Below, piece by piece: positions 38,008 to 50,795 of a stretch of 64,000 nt of DNA. Source of the stretch: Leucoraja erinacea (Eukaryota); the NCBI RefSeq assembly GCF_028641065.1, contig NC_073410.1:12090001-12154000 (forward strand), in the 5' to 3' direction. The translations under genes were made by a program, and so were the position numbers. The notes under the pieces are model-generated. The model searched no databases. It was given only the letters and a program-made list of their open reading frames with translations, and was not told the DNA's origin. Numbering within the stretch: the first letter of the stretch is position 1; each line of letters starts with the position of its first letter.

Positions 38008-41007
38008 ATGGCTGCAACTGCATTCATCGGCCTGGCCTTTCTGTTGCTCCAACATGTGTCCGTCGGGGAGATGTTTCAGTCCTCGCTGATGTTGGACATG
38101 GCTAATATCCTGTTGGACAAGTACTGTTTCCCAGAAAACTTGGTTGGGATGAAAGAGGCCAGCGGGCTGGTCAACCAGAGCGGCGACATTCTGCGAGTGA
38201 CCGACCCACAAACCCTGGCGGCAATGCTGACCTCGGGTGTACAGGGAGCTCTGAACGACCCCCGGCTAGTGGTCTCGTATGAACCCGGCACCTCTGCCCC
38301 TGAACCAATCGACCTGCCCCTCCCGAGCCGCGAGATGCTCATTGCCTTGGTCCGAGATTCTATCCAATTTAAAATTTTGGACAATAACGTTGGTTACTTG
38401 AGACTTGACCACATCATTGAAGAGGACATCGTCAAAGTGGTTGGCCCGATTCTAGTAGACACGGTTTGGAAATACATGGTCGCCACCAACGCCATGATCC
38501 TGGACCTCCGCTACAGTGCCAGTGGGAAAGTCTCCGGTATACCTTTCATCGTATCTTACTTCTGCGAGGCAATCCCTGCGATTCACGTCGAGTCCATCTA
38601 CGATCGCCCGTCCAACGCCACAAAGGAGATCTGGACCCTGCCCTCTCTGCTGGGTGAACGCTACGGCAAGAACAAGGACGTCCTGGTGCTAGTTAGCAGG
38701 AACACCCATGGCGCGGCGGAGGACGTGGCCTACATCCTGAAACACTTGGACCGCGGACTCCTGGTCGGGGAGCAGACAGCCGGAGGCTCCCTCGAGGTCC
38801 AAAAGTTCCGCATTGGTCCGTCTGACTTCTTCATCACCGTGCCCGTCTCCAGGTCGATTAGCCCGATCACCGGCCAGAGTTGGGAGGTGAACGGTGTGTT
38901 CCCCTGTGTTGCTGTGGATGCTGAGCTCGCCCTCGAGAAAGCGACCTCCATACTGGCCGTGAGGAAGGAGATGCCCCGTGTCATCCGGAAGGTGACTGAG
39001 CTGTTGTACGCGTACTATGTCTTCGTGGACCATGTGCCTTCCCTGGCCAGCCGGCTTGCCCAGGTCGCTGGCTCCGCCGTGAATTCAGAGCAAAACCTGG
39101 CGGAAAAACTTAACTATGAGTTACAGGCCATCTCTGCAGACCCCCGCCTGGTGGTCAGTGTCAGTTCGGGACCCCCAGTCACCACAGACCAGACTCCACC
39201 TGAGGAACTCCCAGACGATGTCAGTTACCTCCAGCAGGTCGTATCCGCCGTGTTTCAAGTGGACATTTTACCGGGCAACACTGGCTACTTGAGATTCGAT
39301 ATGTTCCCCACCGAGTCGGCGCTGATGAAACTGAGACCCTACATAGTTGAGAGGGTTTGGGGGGCAATTCATGACACTGCCAATTTAATTCTAGATCTCA
39401 GGTACAATGTGGGTGGCTCGTCGGCCGCTGTGCCGGTGTTGCTGTCCTACTTCCAAGACCCAAGCCCACCCGTTCGCTTGTACACCGTCTATAACCGGCT
39501 GACCAACTCCACCAGAGAATTCGTCACTCTTGCTGGTTTGGATGGGAGCTCCTATGGATCGAGGAAGGGCGTGTATGTGCTCACCAGTCACCGCACCGCC
39601 ACGGCGGCCGAGGAACTGGCCTACCTGATGCAGTCGCTGTATAGAGCCACCGTGATCGGGGAGATCACATCCGGCATCCTTCACCACTGGCGGTCTTTCC
39701 ACATCGAAAACACCAACTTGTCGGTTACTATTCCCTTCATCAACTTCATGGATAACACCGGGGAGAGTTGGCTGGGTGGCGGAGTGGTGCCCGACTCCAT
39801 TGTGTTGGCTGAAGAGGCGCTGGATAAGGCGAGGGATGTTATGGAGTTCCACGCTGAAGTATCTCGGCTGGTGGAACACACTGGGGCTCTCCTGAATGCC
39901 CACTATGCCATCCCAGAGGCGGCCACCAAGGTCAGCTCCCTGCTCCGTTCAAAGTGGCTGGGTGGTTTATACCGCTCTGTTGTAGACTACGAGTCGCTGA
40001 CTGCTCAGCTCACCTCGGATCTGAAGGAGGCCTCTGGCGACCACCGCTTTCACGTTTTCTACAGCGAGAGCGCGCCTAAAGTCCCGGAGGAACAGGTGGG
40101 CAGAGTACCAACCCCGGAGGAACTCGACCATATCATCCAAGCCCTTTTCAAAATGGAAGTATTACCAAATAACATTGGGTACCTCCGTTTCGACATGATG
40201 ACCGACGCAAAAACCATCAATGTTATTGTTCCACAGTTACTAGACCGGGTGTGGAACAAATTGGTCGATACGGACGTCTTGGTCCTTGATATGAGATACA
40301 ATGTCGGTGGATATTCAACCGTCATTCCTGTTTTATGCTCTTATTTCTTCGACGCCGAACCGGCCCGTCATCTTTATTCTGTGTTCAACCGCTCCTCTTC
40401 GTCCACTTTAGAAATATGGACGCTGCCAAAAGTTCGTGGACGAAGGTATGGCCCCGATAAAGATGTCTACATCCTCACCAGTCACATCACGGGCTCAGCG
40501 GCAGAGGCGTTCGCCCGGGCGATGAAAGATATGAACAGGGCAACGGTGATCGGGGAGCCAACCATTGGAGGTGCATTGTCGGTCGCCATATACAGAATAG
40601 AAAACAGCAACCTCTATGTATCCATCCCGAATCTAGTCGCCCTGAGCGCCGTCACCGGGAAGGTTTGGAGCGTCTGTGGCTCTGAGCCGCATGTTATGGT
40701 CCAGGCTAATGAAGCCATGGGCGTGGCGCTTGGCATCATCGAGCTTCGGGCCAATGTGCCTGGGATTGTACGAACAGCCGCAAAGTTGGTGGATGACAAT
40801 TACGCGTTTGCTGAAACCGGCGCCAAGGTAGCTGGGCAGGTCGCCGACTTGGTTCAAGACGGGAGGTACAATGCCATTAATTCTGAGATGGAGCTGGCCC
40901 AGAAATTATCAGAGGACCTGCAGAAACTCTCTGGTGATAAACATCTCAAGGTCGCGCATATCCCCGAAAATCTAAAGGACCGTATCCCCAGCGTGGTTCC
41001 CATGCCG
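38008..41007 (+). CDS. RBP3: RBP3 (interphotoreceptor retinoid-binding protein) exon 1: signal peptide, modules 1-3 and start of module 4 (1000 codons)
   Basis: Three repeats of GYLRxD...LDxRY...AAE...GExT.G; mature start resembles FQxSLxLDMA; donor ATGCCG|gtaagt at 41007/41008 (phase 0). Confidence 0.97.
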
Positions 41008-41039
41008 GTAAGTTTACAGAAAATACGTTTACAGGAACG

Positions 41040-41490
41040 GATGCAGTTGCCCTATAAGGCGCTGGTCAGGCCGCATTTTGAGTATTGAAGGATAAAGGGA
41101 CACCTCATTTAAATTTGCCGAATAGTGAAAGGCATGGATAGAGTGGATGTGGAGAGGATGTTTCCACTAGTGGAAGAGTCTAGGACCAGACTCCATACCC
41201 TCAGAATTAAATAACGTTCCTTTAGGATGGAGGTGAGGAAGATTCTCTTCAGTAAGATGGTGGTGAATCCGTGGAAATCATTGTCACAATAGGCTGTGGA
41301 GGCTACGCCAATTGATCATTTTTTTAAGCCATAGATTGATAGATTCTTGATTAGTACGGGTGTCAGGGGTGATGGGGAGAAGGCTGGAGAATTGGGTTAA
41401 GAGGGAAAGATAGATTAGATGTGATCGAACGGCGTAGTAGACTTGATGGGCCGAATGGCGCATTTCTGCTCCTATCACCTATGAACGTTC
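41040..41490 (+). mobile_element. CR1 3' fragment in RBP3 intron 1
   Basis: YKALVRPHFEY remnant, gtggtgaatccgtggaa, gatgggccgaatggc tail. Confidence 0.8.
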
Positions 41491-41568
41491 TAATCCGAAA
41501 TAAAACACAGTTCAATTTCAGGACATTGAACAAGCAATCTATTAACTCCTGCCATGTGATTTTCCTAG

Positions 41569-41759
41569 ATCCCACCTCCGGATATGTTAGAAGACTTAAT
41601 TAAATTTGCCTTCCAAACGAAAGTGTTTGACAATGCCATCGGCTACCTCCGGTTCGACATGTTCGCTGACATTTACTTGATCACCCAAGTGTCAGATCTA
41701 ATGGAGAAGCATATATGGAGTAAACTGGCACACACCGTTGCACTGATTGTGGATCTCAG
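41569..41759 (+). CDS. RBP3: RBP3 exon 2 (191 nt)
   Basis: Acceptor ttttcctag|ATC; IPPPDMLEDLIKFAFQTKVFDNAIGYLRFDMF...LIVDLR; donor AG|gtaatt. Not in the supplied ORF track; translated by hand. Confidence 0.93.
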
Positions 41760-42262
41760 GTAATTAATGTACGGTGCGATGTTGATTATCCATTCATAGT
41801 GACGCTAATTAGTATTACTTTCAATCCGTTTCCCAAACTATAAAATGCGCAAATCTCGCCCTGATTCGTGTGTCGTGTGTCATCAACACGGAGTCGGGCC
41901 CTTCAACCCACCGAGGTCGCGCCAGCTATCAAATACACAATTACAGCAATCCTACATCCTTCCTATGTTATTCTCCCCACATTCACAAATTCTACCACTC
42001 ACCGAGAAACTGGAGGCAATTTACAGTGACCGAGTAACCAACCAACGATCTCTGTGTGGATCAGTGCTGAGATCACCTTCATCCGTTGGCGATGCCAGGT
42101 ATTCAAAATTAGGGGCACGGCAAATAGACAAAACGTTGTACAGGGGTGTGACATGTGTAATCAATTGCTGGGTGCCCAAAATACTTCAAACTAATCAAAT
42201 TTGTTGAAAGTAAAATAAACAGGCTCTTCGGCCGCGCCGACCAGCGATTATAAGGACAATGT

Positions 42263-42456
42263 TACACTTTTTACAGAGGCCAATTAACCTACAAACCTGT
42301 ATGTCTCTGGAAAGTGGTAGGAAACCGGGGCACCCGGGGAAACCCCACGCGGCCAAGGGGAGAGCGTGCAAACTCCGTACAGACAACACTCAGTGGTCAG
42401 GGTCAAACCCGGGTCTCTGGCGCTGCAAAAGGCAGCAACGCTACAGCTGCACCGCC
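42263..42456 (-). mobile_element. HE1-like SINE, 5' and central part
   Basis: ccaattaacctacaaacctgt...caaactccgtacagac...cccgggtctctggcgctg. Confidence 0.75.
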
Positions 42457-42799
42457 TCTGTGGAGGGCACGGCGATCTTCTCCAGACTGAAGAAAAAGTC
42501 TCGACTCGGAGCATCGTCTGTCTATTGCCTCCACAGACGCGACCAGACCCGCCGAGTTCCTCCAGCACTTTCGGTTTTGCTCAAGATTCCAGCCCCTGTG
42601 TCAATGTGTTTCTTGTGTCGATCAAATGTCGGCTTTAGATTTCCTCGAGCATCTCGTTAATGTCTGGTGTATCCAAGGTGTGTTCCAATTCAACCTGGTA
42701 GGGTTAACACTGGACTAGTTAAGTACGTCCCTCAAAGAGATAACATGCAGATCTCTCTACGTAGTATGAGTTTATGGCTCAGTCATGGACATAGCAAAA

Positions 42800-43427
42800 T
42801 GATTTGAGTATAGGAGCAGGAGGTTCTACTGCACTTGTACAGGGCCTTGGTGAGACCGCACCTGGAGTATTGTGTACAGTTTTGGTCTCCTAATCTGAGG
42901 AAAGGCATTCTTGCCCTAGAGGGAGTACAGAGAAGGTTCACCAGACTGATTCCTGGGATGGCAGGACTTTCATATGAAGAAAGACTGGATAAACTCGGCT
43001 TGTACTCGCTAGAATTTAAAAGATTGAGGGGGGATCTTATAGAAACATACAAAATTCTTAAGGGGTTGGACAGGCTAGATGCAGGAAGATTGTTCCCGAT
43101 GTTGGGGAAGTCCAGAACAAGGGGTCACAGTTGAAGGATAAGGGGGGAGTCTTTTAGGACCGAGATGAGGAAAACATTTTTCACAAAGAGAGTGGTGAAT
43201 CTGTGGAATTCTCTGCCACAGGAGGTAGTTGAGGCCAGTTCATTGGCTATATTTAAGAGGGGGTTAGATGTGGCCCTTGTGGCTAAAGGGATGGGGGGGG
43301 GGGGGGGGGGTATGGAGAGAAGGTAGGTACAGGATACTGAGTTGGATGATCAGCCATGATCATATTGAATGGCGGTGCAGGCTCGAAGGGCCTACTCCTC
43401 CACCTGTTTTCTGTGTTTCTATGTTTC
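42800..43427 (+). mobile_element. CR1 LINE 3' fragment in RBP3 intron 2
   Basis: LYRALVRPHLEYCVQFWSP...RGDLIETYKILKGLDRLDAG; (TTTCTATG)n tail. Confidence 0.9.
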
Positions 43428-44245
43428 TATTACTCAGTTACACGCGACGCTCCTCTATGAACATGGTTCGCATGCTGAAACCCTGCAAACAACGACCATC
43501 TAGCTAAGATTCATTCCAATACCCCAACAGCACATTGAATTACCTACTGTTTAAGAAGGAACTGCAGATTCTGGAACATTTTGTCTACATTGAAATACTC
43601 ACCACGTTTTTGTCTTTTTTTTTGTAAAGCAACATCTGCAGTTCCCTGTATTCACATTAGGTGTGCTATGTTGGTCGACAGCTAACGATATGGCATCTAC
43701 CAGGGAACCCCAGCAATGACTGACATAAGTAGGGACACTCAATTAATAGAACGTATTATTCGCCCTGATATTCAGCTTCAATAATTATATGGAAAATGGA
43801 CAATAACTACATAGCAATGGCCGATCGAGGGGAATCGTCCCAGGGCTCCGGTTGACGTAGGATTGCGAAGCATTTGTCCGTCCAAACCGGCTAACTTGGC
43901 CTAGAAGGGTCTCGACTCGAAAAGTCACCCATTCCTTCTATCCAGAGATGCTGCCTGTCCCGTTAAGTTACTCCAGCGTGTTTGTGTCTAACTTGGTTGA
44001 ACGCTTTCCTGTTGGCTGGCTGTAATTAACCAATTGGGGTTGGGTCGGTTTCCATCTTTCCTCGATTAGGCACAATGAATATCTTTTGACATTAATTTGG
44101 TAACACTGTGCAGATTGCCTAAGGTTGGCTAATATAAGGAGCGGGAAATAGCAATGCCGCTTGTGGGCAATAGATGGCGATGGTGAGCTGGGGATGGTTT
44201 AAAACGTAAAGAGATTCTCACCGACTGTGCTGTACATGAAGTTTG

Positions 44246-45025
44246 TTTAAGAAGGAACTGTAGATGCTGGAAAATCGAAGGTAGACAAAAATGCTGGAGA
44301 AACTCAGCGGGTGCAGCAGCATCTATGGAGCGAAGGAAATAGACAACGTTTCGGGTCGAGACCCTTCTTCAGATGATGTAAGGGTGGGGGCGAGAGAAGA
44401 AAGGTGGAGGCGGAGACACTGGACTGTGGGAGAGCTGGGAAGGGGAGGAGAAAACAGGGACTACCTGAAATTAGTGAAGTCAATGTTCACTCCGCTGGGG
44501 AGTAAACTACCCAAGCGAGATATGAGGTGCTGCTCCTCCAATTTACGGTGGGCCTCATCCTGGCCATGGAGGAGTCCCAGGACAGAAAGTTCGGATTCGG
44601 AATGGGAGGGGGAGTTGAAGTGCTGAGCCACCGGGTGATCAGGTTGGTTATTGCGAACCGAGTGGAGGTGTTGGGCGAAACGATCGCCAAGCCTACGCTT
44701 GGTCTCACCGATGTAGAGCAGCTGACACCTAGAGCAGTGGATGCAATAGATGAGGTTGGAGGTGGTGCAAGTGAACGTCTGCCGAACCTAGAACGACTGC
44801 TTGGGTCCTTGAATCGAGCCAAGGGGGGGAGGTAAAGCGACAAGTGTAGCATTTCCTGCCGTTGCAAGGGAAAGTGCCAGGTGAAGGGGTGGTTTGGATG
44901 GGAAGGGGCGAATAGACAAGGGAGTTACGGAGGGAGCGGTCTCTGCGGTTGGCAGACAGGGGATGAGATGGGAAGATGTGGCCAGTGGTGGGATTCCGTT
45001 GGAGGTGACTAAAATGTCGGAGGTT
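44246..45025 (-). mobile_element. 5'-truncated Penelope-like element (Neptune-type) with GIY-YIG endonuclease remnant and terminal repeat
   Basis: Minus-strand frames give FPCNGRKCYTC and NLIYCIHCSRCQLLYIGETKRRLGDRFAQH...PVAQHFN...RKLEEQHLI. These are followed by the abundant terminal repeat with CTGAAGA...GAAACGTT. Confidence 0.85.
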
Positions 45026-45156
45026 TATGTCGGGGGCTGTACATGGATGTGCGTTTTGATGTGCCATCCCAGTATTTGCTACATATTTTGTAAGCAGCGT
45101 GCATCGCCTTGATCGGGCAGGTGCTGGAGGGAACTGAAAAGGCATTCAGTGTATGG

Positions 45157-45361
45157 ATAGGCACACAATACTAGAGTAACTCAGCGGGTCGGGCAGCATC
45201 TCTGGAGTAAAGGAGTGGATGACGTTTCGGGTCGAAACCTTTCTTCAGACTCAGGGTCTCGACTCGAAACGTCACCTACTCCCTTTCTCCGGAGATGCTG
45301 CCTGACCCGCTGAGTTATTCCAGCATTTTGTGTTTATCAGTATTTGCAGTCCCATCCGACA
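45157..45361. mobile_element. Palindromic Penelope-derived short insertion in RBP3 intron 2
   Basis: Inverted terminal-repeat copies; TSD CATTCAGT(G/A)TATGG at 45143-45156 and 45362-45375. Confidence 0.75.
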
Positions 45362-46134
45362 CATTCAGTATATGGCGCCTGGACAATCAAATGTAGAGCT
45401 GATTGTAATAAACCTCACTTCATTGTAGATTTTCTAGGTTTTGTCCCACCGATTTAAATATTTCAGATTTCCAAACCGGACAAAATTACCTTATTGAAAG
45501 CTGATAATTTCCTGTTAATGTTTAGGAGTTAGAAGGATGGTTGGGGATAGGGAAATATTTCCTTGAATTCAGTCCTGAATCCCGAAGTGATATTTTTTTT
45601 CTATTGTAAAGATAAATCCAGACGTTTGATGAACAAGATAGTGTTATCAAATTTTAGCAAGAGAACTTAGCATGAGCGTGGATAATGTTTCGGTCTGTCT
45701 GTATAAATGACATGAAGAACCCAGTTTGCTTCAATGTGCTATTACACCGGATTTCACCAGTCCCGGTTCATCTCCTTTGTGCAACTTTCGTAATTATGAG
45801 ATTGCGTGTTAAAGGCAAACCAGTGACTTGTTAGTTGTGCTGTCTTGAGATATGAAAATTAAATAGGATTTTTAAAACTATTTCCATTTGATCGTGGAGT
45901 CATAGACCTGCACGCACGGGAACAGTCCCTTCGGCCCTACTCGTCCATGCCGACCAAGTTGTCGAACTAGGCTAGGTGTACTTACTGTACCTATCTCTGG
46001 CCAGTCTAGCTTCATGCTTTTCCGATCCATGTAGCCGTTTAAGTGTCCTTTAAATGTCTTGATTGTACCGGCCTTGTTCCACATGAGCAGTACCCTCTGC
46101 ATGAAATAATAGCCTTCAGATCCCCTTAAAAGGT

Positions 46135-46440
46135 CAATGGGGAGGGGAGTTAAAGTGGCTCGCAACCGGGAGACCAGGTAGAGCTTTGGCGTAGTGTGCG
46201 AGTGTTCGGCAAAACGGTGGTCGAGTCTACACTTGGTCCCGCTGTACAGGAGACCACATTGTAAATACCGGGTGCAGTAGATGGGGTTAGAGGAGATACA
46301 CAGGAACCTCTGTCTCACTTGGTAGGACTGCTGGGGTCCCTGGATGGAGGTGAGAGATGAGGTACAAGGGGCAGGTGTTGCATCTCCTGCGGTTACAGGG
46401 AGAAGTACCTGGGGAGAGCTTGGGATGTCATGAGAGGAAC
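46135..46440 (-). mobile_element. Degenerate Penelope-like GIY-YIG fragment
   Basis: SIQGPQQSYQVRQRFLCISSNPIYC...CGLLYSGTKCRLDHRFAEH, homologous to the 44.5-kb copy. Confidence 0.75.
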
Positions 46441-46693
46441 CAAAGAGTTGTCGGGGGAAACGGTGTGAAGAAAAGGTATGCTCCACCATGGGACCGAGGA
46501 CAGAGGGGCGCCAGGTTTGTAGTCAATCATTTAACACACCGCACAATTGATTCTTCATGATGGGGTGAATTAAAGAGAACTTTGCATGGATATAACGCAA
46601 GACCCCCACCCCCTATTGCCCCCCTCCCCTATACTGCAGCAATGCGTTGTTGCTTACACATGCAAATAATGCACAACCTTATGGGTGCCCCAG

Positions 46694-46836
46694 GTACAAC
46701 GGTGGAGGATCCGCCTCGTCCATTCCAGCACTCTGCTCCTATTTCTTTGACGGTGGGGACCCCGTGCTCCTGGATACCGTGTACAATAGACCTGCGGACA
46801 CAACCTCCAAAATATGGACCATTCCATGGATGTCCG
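46694..46836 (+). CDS. RBP3: RBP3 exon 3 (143 nt)
   Basis: ccccag|G TAC AAC; [47 protein letters not shown]; donor G|gtgagt. Phases agree with exons 2 and 4. Confidence 0.92.
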
Positions 46837-46900
46837 GTGAGTATATAAAAGGCAGCAAATGTTTCAATGTTCGCTCTCGACCACATTCCTCGCCATTACA

Positions 46901-47200
46901 GTTTAGTTTAGTTTAGAAACACAACGCGGAAACAGGCCCTTCGGCCCACCGAGTCCGGACCGACCAACGATCCCGGCATACGAACACTATCCTACACTAG
47001 GGATATATATTTCAATTAATACCAAGCCAATGAACCTACAAACCTGTACGTCTTTGGAGTGTGGGAGGAAACCGAGGTTCTCGGCTAAACCCACGCGGTC
47101 ACAGGGAGAACGTACAAATTCCGTATAGACAGCACCCGCAGTCAGGGTCGAACCAGTGTCTCTGGCGTTGTAACTCTATCGCTGCGCCACCGTGCAGCCC
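46901..47200 (-). mobile_element. HE1-like V-SINE filling most of RBP3 intron 3
   Basis: Minus-strand head GGGCTGCACGGTGGCGCAGCGATAGAG, B box GGTTCGACCC, (CTAAA)n tail. Confidence 0.85.
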
Positions 47201-47241
47201 TACAGTGCTGTTATTTTTTATGTTTGTTTTTTTTTGTCAAG

Positions 47242-47567
47242 GGGAGAGTTATGGATCTAAACGGGAGCTGATTCTCCTCACCAGCAACGACACCTCGGGA
47301 GCAGCCGAGCAATTCGTCTTCGTTATGAAGACGCTGGGAAGAGCACACGTCGTAGGCGAAGTGACGAGCGGCGTTTGTCACCCTCCGCAAACCTACCATG
47401 TAGACGGCACCGACCTTTACCTGACCATGCCGACCCTCAGGTCGTCCAGTCCGGATGGGAGATCCTTAGAGGGAGCCGGCGTCGTGCCTCACATCGAGGT
47501 ACTAGCTGCCACCGCGCTGGAGACAGCCAAGGAGATACTCAAGAGTACCTTGCACGGTCGTTCCTAA
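47242..47567 (+). CDS. RBP3: RBP3 exon 4 (coding part); spliced protein about 1219 aa
   Basis: T-rich tract and aag|GG acceptor; [15 protein letters not shown]...AAEQF...[24 protein letters not shown]...LHGRS*. Confidence 0.92.
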
Positions 47568-48092
47568 TTCACTCCTCTTTAGAATCAACGTCTATAGTTA
47601 CGTTGCTGGGTGCGTTTTCTGAATAGATTTACTAGTATTGGGATCATAGTGTGAATAGACAACGTTGAGTTTTCTGACTAGTTGCGATCAGAAGGTCAAA
47701 AGGCAGCGTTGAGATTAGAATCACACTTTAGATGTGATGGTCCTGTCGTTTCGCACCTGATGTCGTCCACGGTGAATGAATGAGTCACTAGTGACTATCT
47801 AACGTGTGCGTCTCGATAGGGGGATCTCTCTAGGACATTTTGGCACCATTGGTTGCCCTCGTTTTGTTTGCCTTGTGCGCACTTGGTTGAGATGATTATT
47901 TTTCTGTTATTTGAGATAATTGTTTTTAGGTCAATCATTAGACATAACGAACTGCAGATGCTGCTTTATCAAAGAGGACAGAAAGCGTTGGAGTAACTCA
48001 GTGGGTTGGGCAGCATCTATGGAGGACATGCGTCTGTATCCTTCTTCAAGAAGAGTCCCGAACCAAAACGTCGCCTGGTCATGTCCTCCTGA

Positions 48093-48525
48093 GATCAAGA
48101 TTCAAGATTCAAGAGAGTTTATTGTCATGTGTCCCTGATAGGGCAATGAAATTATTGCTTTGCTTCAGCACAACAAAATATAGTAGGCATTGACTACAAA
48201 ACAGATCAGTGTGTCCATATACCATTATATAAATATACACACACATGAATAAATAAACTGATAAAGTGCAAATAACAGATAATGAATGGGCTATTAATGT
48301 TCAGAGTTTTGTCCGAGCCAAGTTTAATAGCCCGATGACTGTGGGGAAGTAGCTATTCCTGAACCTAGTCGTTGCAGTCTTCAGGCTCCTGTACCTTCTA
48401 CCTGAAGGCAGCAGGGAAATGAGTGTGTGGCCAGGATGGTGTGGGTCTTTGATGATGCTGTCAGCCTTTTTGAGGCAGCGACTGCGATAGATCCCCTCGA
48501 TGGAAGGAAGGTCAGAGCCGATGAT
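48093..48525 (-). mobile_element. Rex1/Babar-type LINE 3' end
   Basis: IIKDPHHPGHTLISLLPSGRRYRSLKTATTRFRNSYFP; (TCTTGAA)n tail. Confidence 0.8.
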
Positions 48526-50499
48526 GCTACCAGACCCACTAGTTGCTCCAGCATTACTCCAGCACAAAAATGACACCAAGTGCCGGAGTTACCAGTGGGT
48601 CTGGCCACATCACGGGAGGACATGAATCGGCGACGTTTCGGGTCGCGACCCTTCTTCAGACCTATCTATGCTCTCCAGGGATGCTGGTTCCAGGAATACT
48701 CCAGGGGTGCTAGAGTTACTCCAGCACTTTGTGTCTTTGTTTTAGACTACACACTATTTGTTTCTTATAGTTTGTATGATTGTTCCAACTTCCATTGTCT
48801 GGATTATAGAGCAATGCTTCAGAGAATGTGGCAATTACACCAGTGGCACTCTGCAAACGCTTTAAATTAAGAAGAATATGCAGAATGTTTACGGGAAGCA
48901 TCGCTCTGCGAAGAATGTCGCATATGCAGTAATCACAATTTCTTTTGTTCCTCTCAATACAAAATCGATATTTTCAAATATTCACGGTTGATTGTATTAT
49001 TAATATATAGTTATAAACCAGTTAAAAAAACAGTTATAAATCGAGATCCCAGCATCTACAGTTTCTTGTGTTTCCATGTATCTAGCAACTTAGTATTTAA
49101 CAATGTAAAACACATTTTAGATCAATATCTAATGAAAACGACAGTGCACACTTCACACAAAATCGCTCTAATAACCTTAAATTAAAGCAATTGATAAAAT
49201 GTTGGTACAATGTATCCCATTGTGGGATGTGTTGGAGAACTCCCTACGGTCTGCTGAAAGTTGCATCGCACTGTTTCATGGAAAACAGGTGAAATTACAT
49301 TTGGTTTGGGAACGATTAAATCCAGTGGTAGCCTGACATTACACTACATCTGGTACCAACTGAAACTGACAATGTCTCGACCCCCGGGAATGAAAACTGA
49401 CGCCTCGAGTCTTCACTGTGGCATAGAGTGAACAAGTCATTTGTAACTAAAGATTGCTATTTTCAGATCCTTGCATGTGACTGTGCTTAAGTGAAGCGGT
49501 ATTTTTTCCAGGAAGAATCTAAAATAAAATCTTTAATGTTTTACTGTTTTTCAAAATTGTAAAATTGGGATTTTATTTTTAGAAGATCAGTAAGACACGT
49601 TATTGATGTTCTCGGTGAGTGTAATATCAAAAGGGTTCCTTGTTTTTGATTTTGAAGAGAATGGATAGTCTAATTTAACATCCAATTGGCGTTTATTAAA
49701 TGCTGGAACAGGCCAAAAGGGCCGAGTGGACCTCTCCTGCCACAATTCGTATGATCGGATGTGATTGATAGACGTTGCTCATGTGTTTCGCCCTATGATT
49801 CCTGCTCCATCGCATTTGATATCATGAAAACAAAGCTGTAATTCTGCTGTGTCGGAAGGAACTACAGATGCTGGTTTACACCGAAGATAGACATACAATG
49901 CTGGAGTAGCTCAGCATCCCTGAATAGAAGGAATGGGTGATGTTTCGGGGGAGAGGGAGACTATTGTTTCTGGATAGACCTCTCAGTAATTGTCACTTAA
50001 ATTAAAATCGCGCCACAAATTACCACACAAAATAATATATAACCGTGAGACCTGTGACAAACTAAAGGCAGATCACAACAGGATCACCTAAAACCTGGAA
50101 TGCCGGGGACAATAAATCGCATTCTGAAACTTCAATGCCCCAATTCGTTCAACCCTTTGAACATTCAGGGGGTATAAAGGCAAATAAAACAATCTTCATT
50201 CAGTATGGGTATCCTAATATCGAATCCAGAAAAAGTATATAAGGAACCAATGAAGGAGTCGACTCTGACTTTCATTGCTTATCTTAATAATTGAACTTGT
50301 TTGCAGGGCTAATACCGTAAAAAAAACCTTTAGGCGGCGACGACAAAACGTCTTCCAACTCCACTCCAATACCAACCATATAAATGGGCCTCTGCTCCGC
50401 TCGCCGTTTGGTATGTTTGACTGATATAGTCTAGTATTGGATGAATGTATGGACTGCTCTCATCCGCCTGTCCCACCACGGATGCTTTCATCGTACATT

Positions 50500-50795
50500 C
50501 GCACCCTGGACACTCCTCCTTTCTTCTCCCTTCTCCCATCGGGTATAGGAGTATGAAAAAACACTCCTCCAGATTCAGGGACACTTTCTTCCCAGCTGTT
50601 ATCAGGCGACTGAACTATCCAACCAACAACTAGAGAGCAGAACTGTGCTACTCTCCACCTCATTGGAGACCCTTGGACTACCTTTGGTCGGACTTTATCT
50701 TGCACTAAACGTTACTCACGTTATTCACCTTATCGTGTATCTGTACACTGTGGATGGTTCGATTATAATCATGCATTGTCTTTCCGCTGACTCCG
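50500..50795 (+). mobile_element. Rex1/Babar-type LINE 3' end
   Basis: SHPGHSSFLLPSPIGYRSMKKHSSRFRDTFFPAVIRRLN. Confidence 0.65.

Noticed and set aside
41008-41088. C-terminal extension of the 1026-aa RBP3 ORF as a secreted three-module isoform
   Set aside because: There is a canonical GTAAGT donor at 41008, and the extension simply runs into an intronic CR1 fragment.
43819-43901. Structured GC-rich stretch (GGCCGA/TTGGCC, CCGGTT/AACCGG, then CTAA) resembling the P4-J4/2-P2 part of an HDV-like ribozyme
   Set aside because: The putative L3 (GGGGAA) does not fit the consensus and no P1 partner is visible upstream.
8795-47200. tRNA-like A/B boxes as tRNA genes
   Set aside because: They are heads of HE1-like SINEs, continuous with the V-domain and LINE-derived tail.
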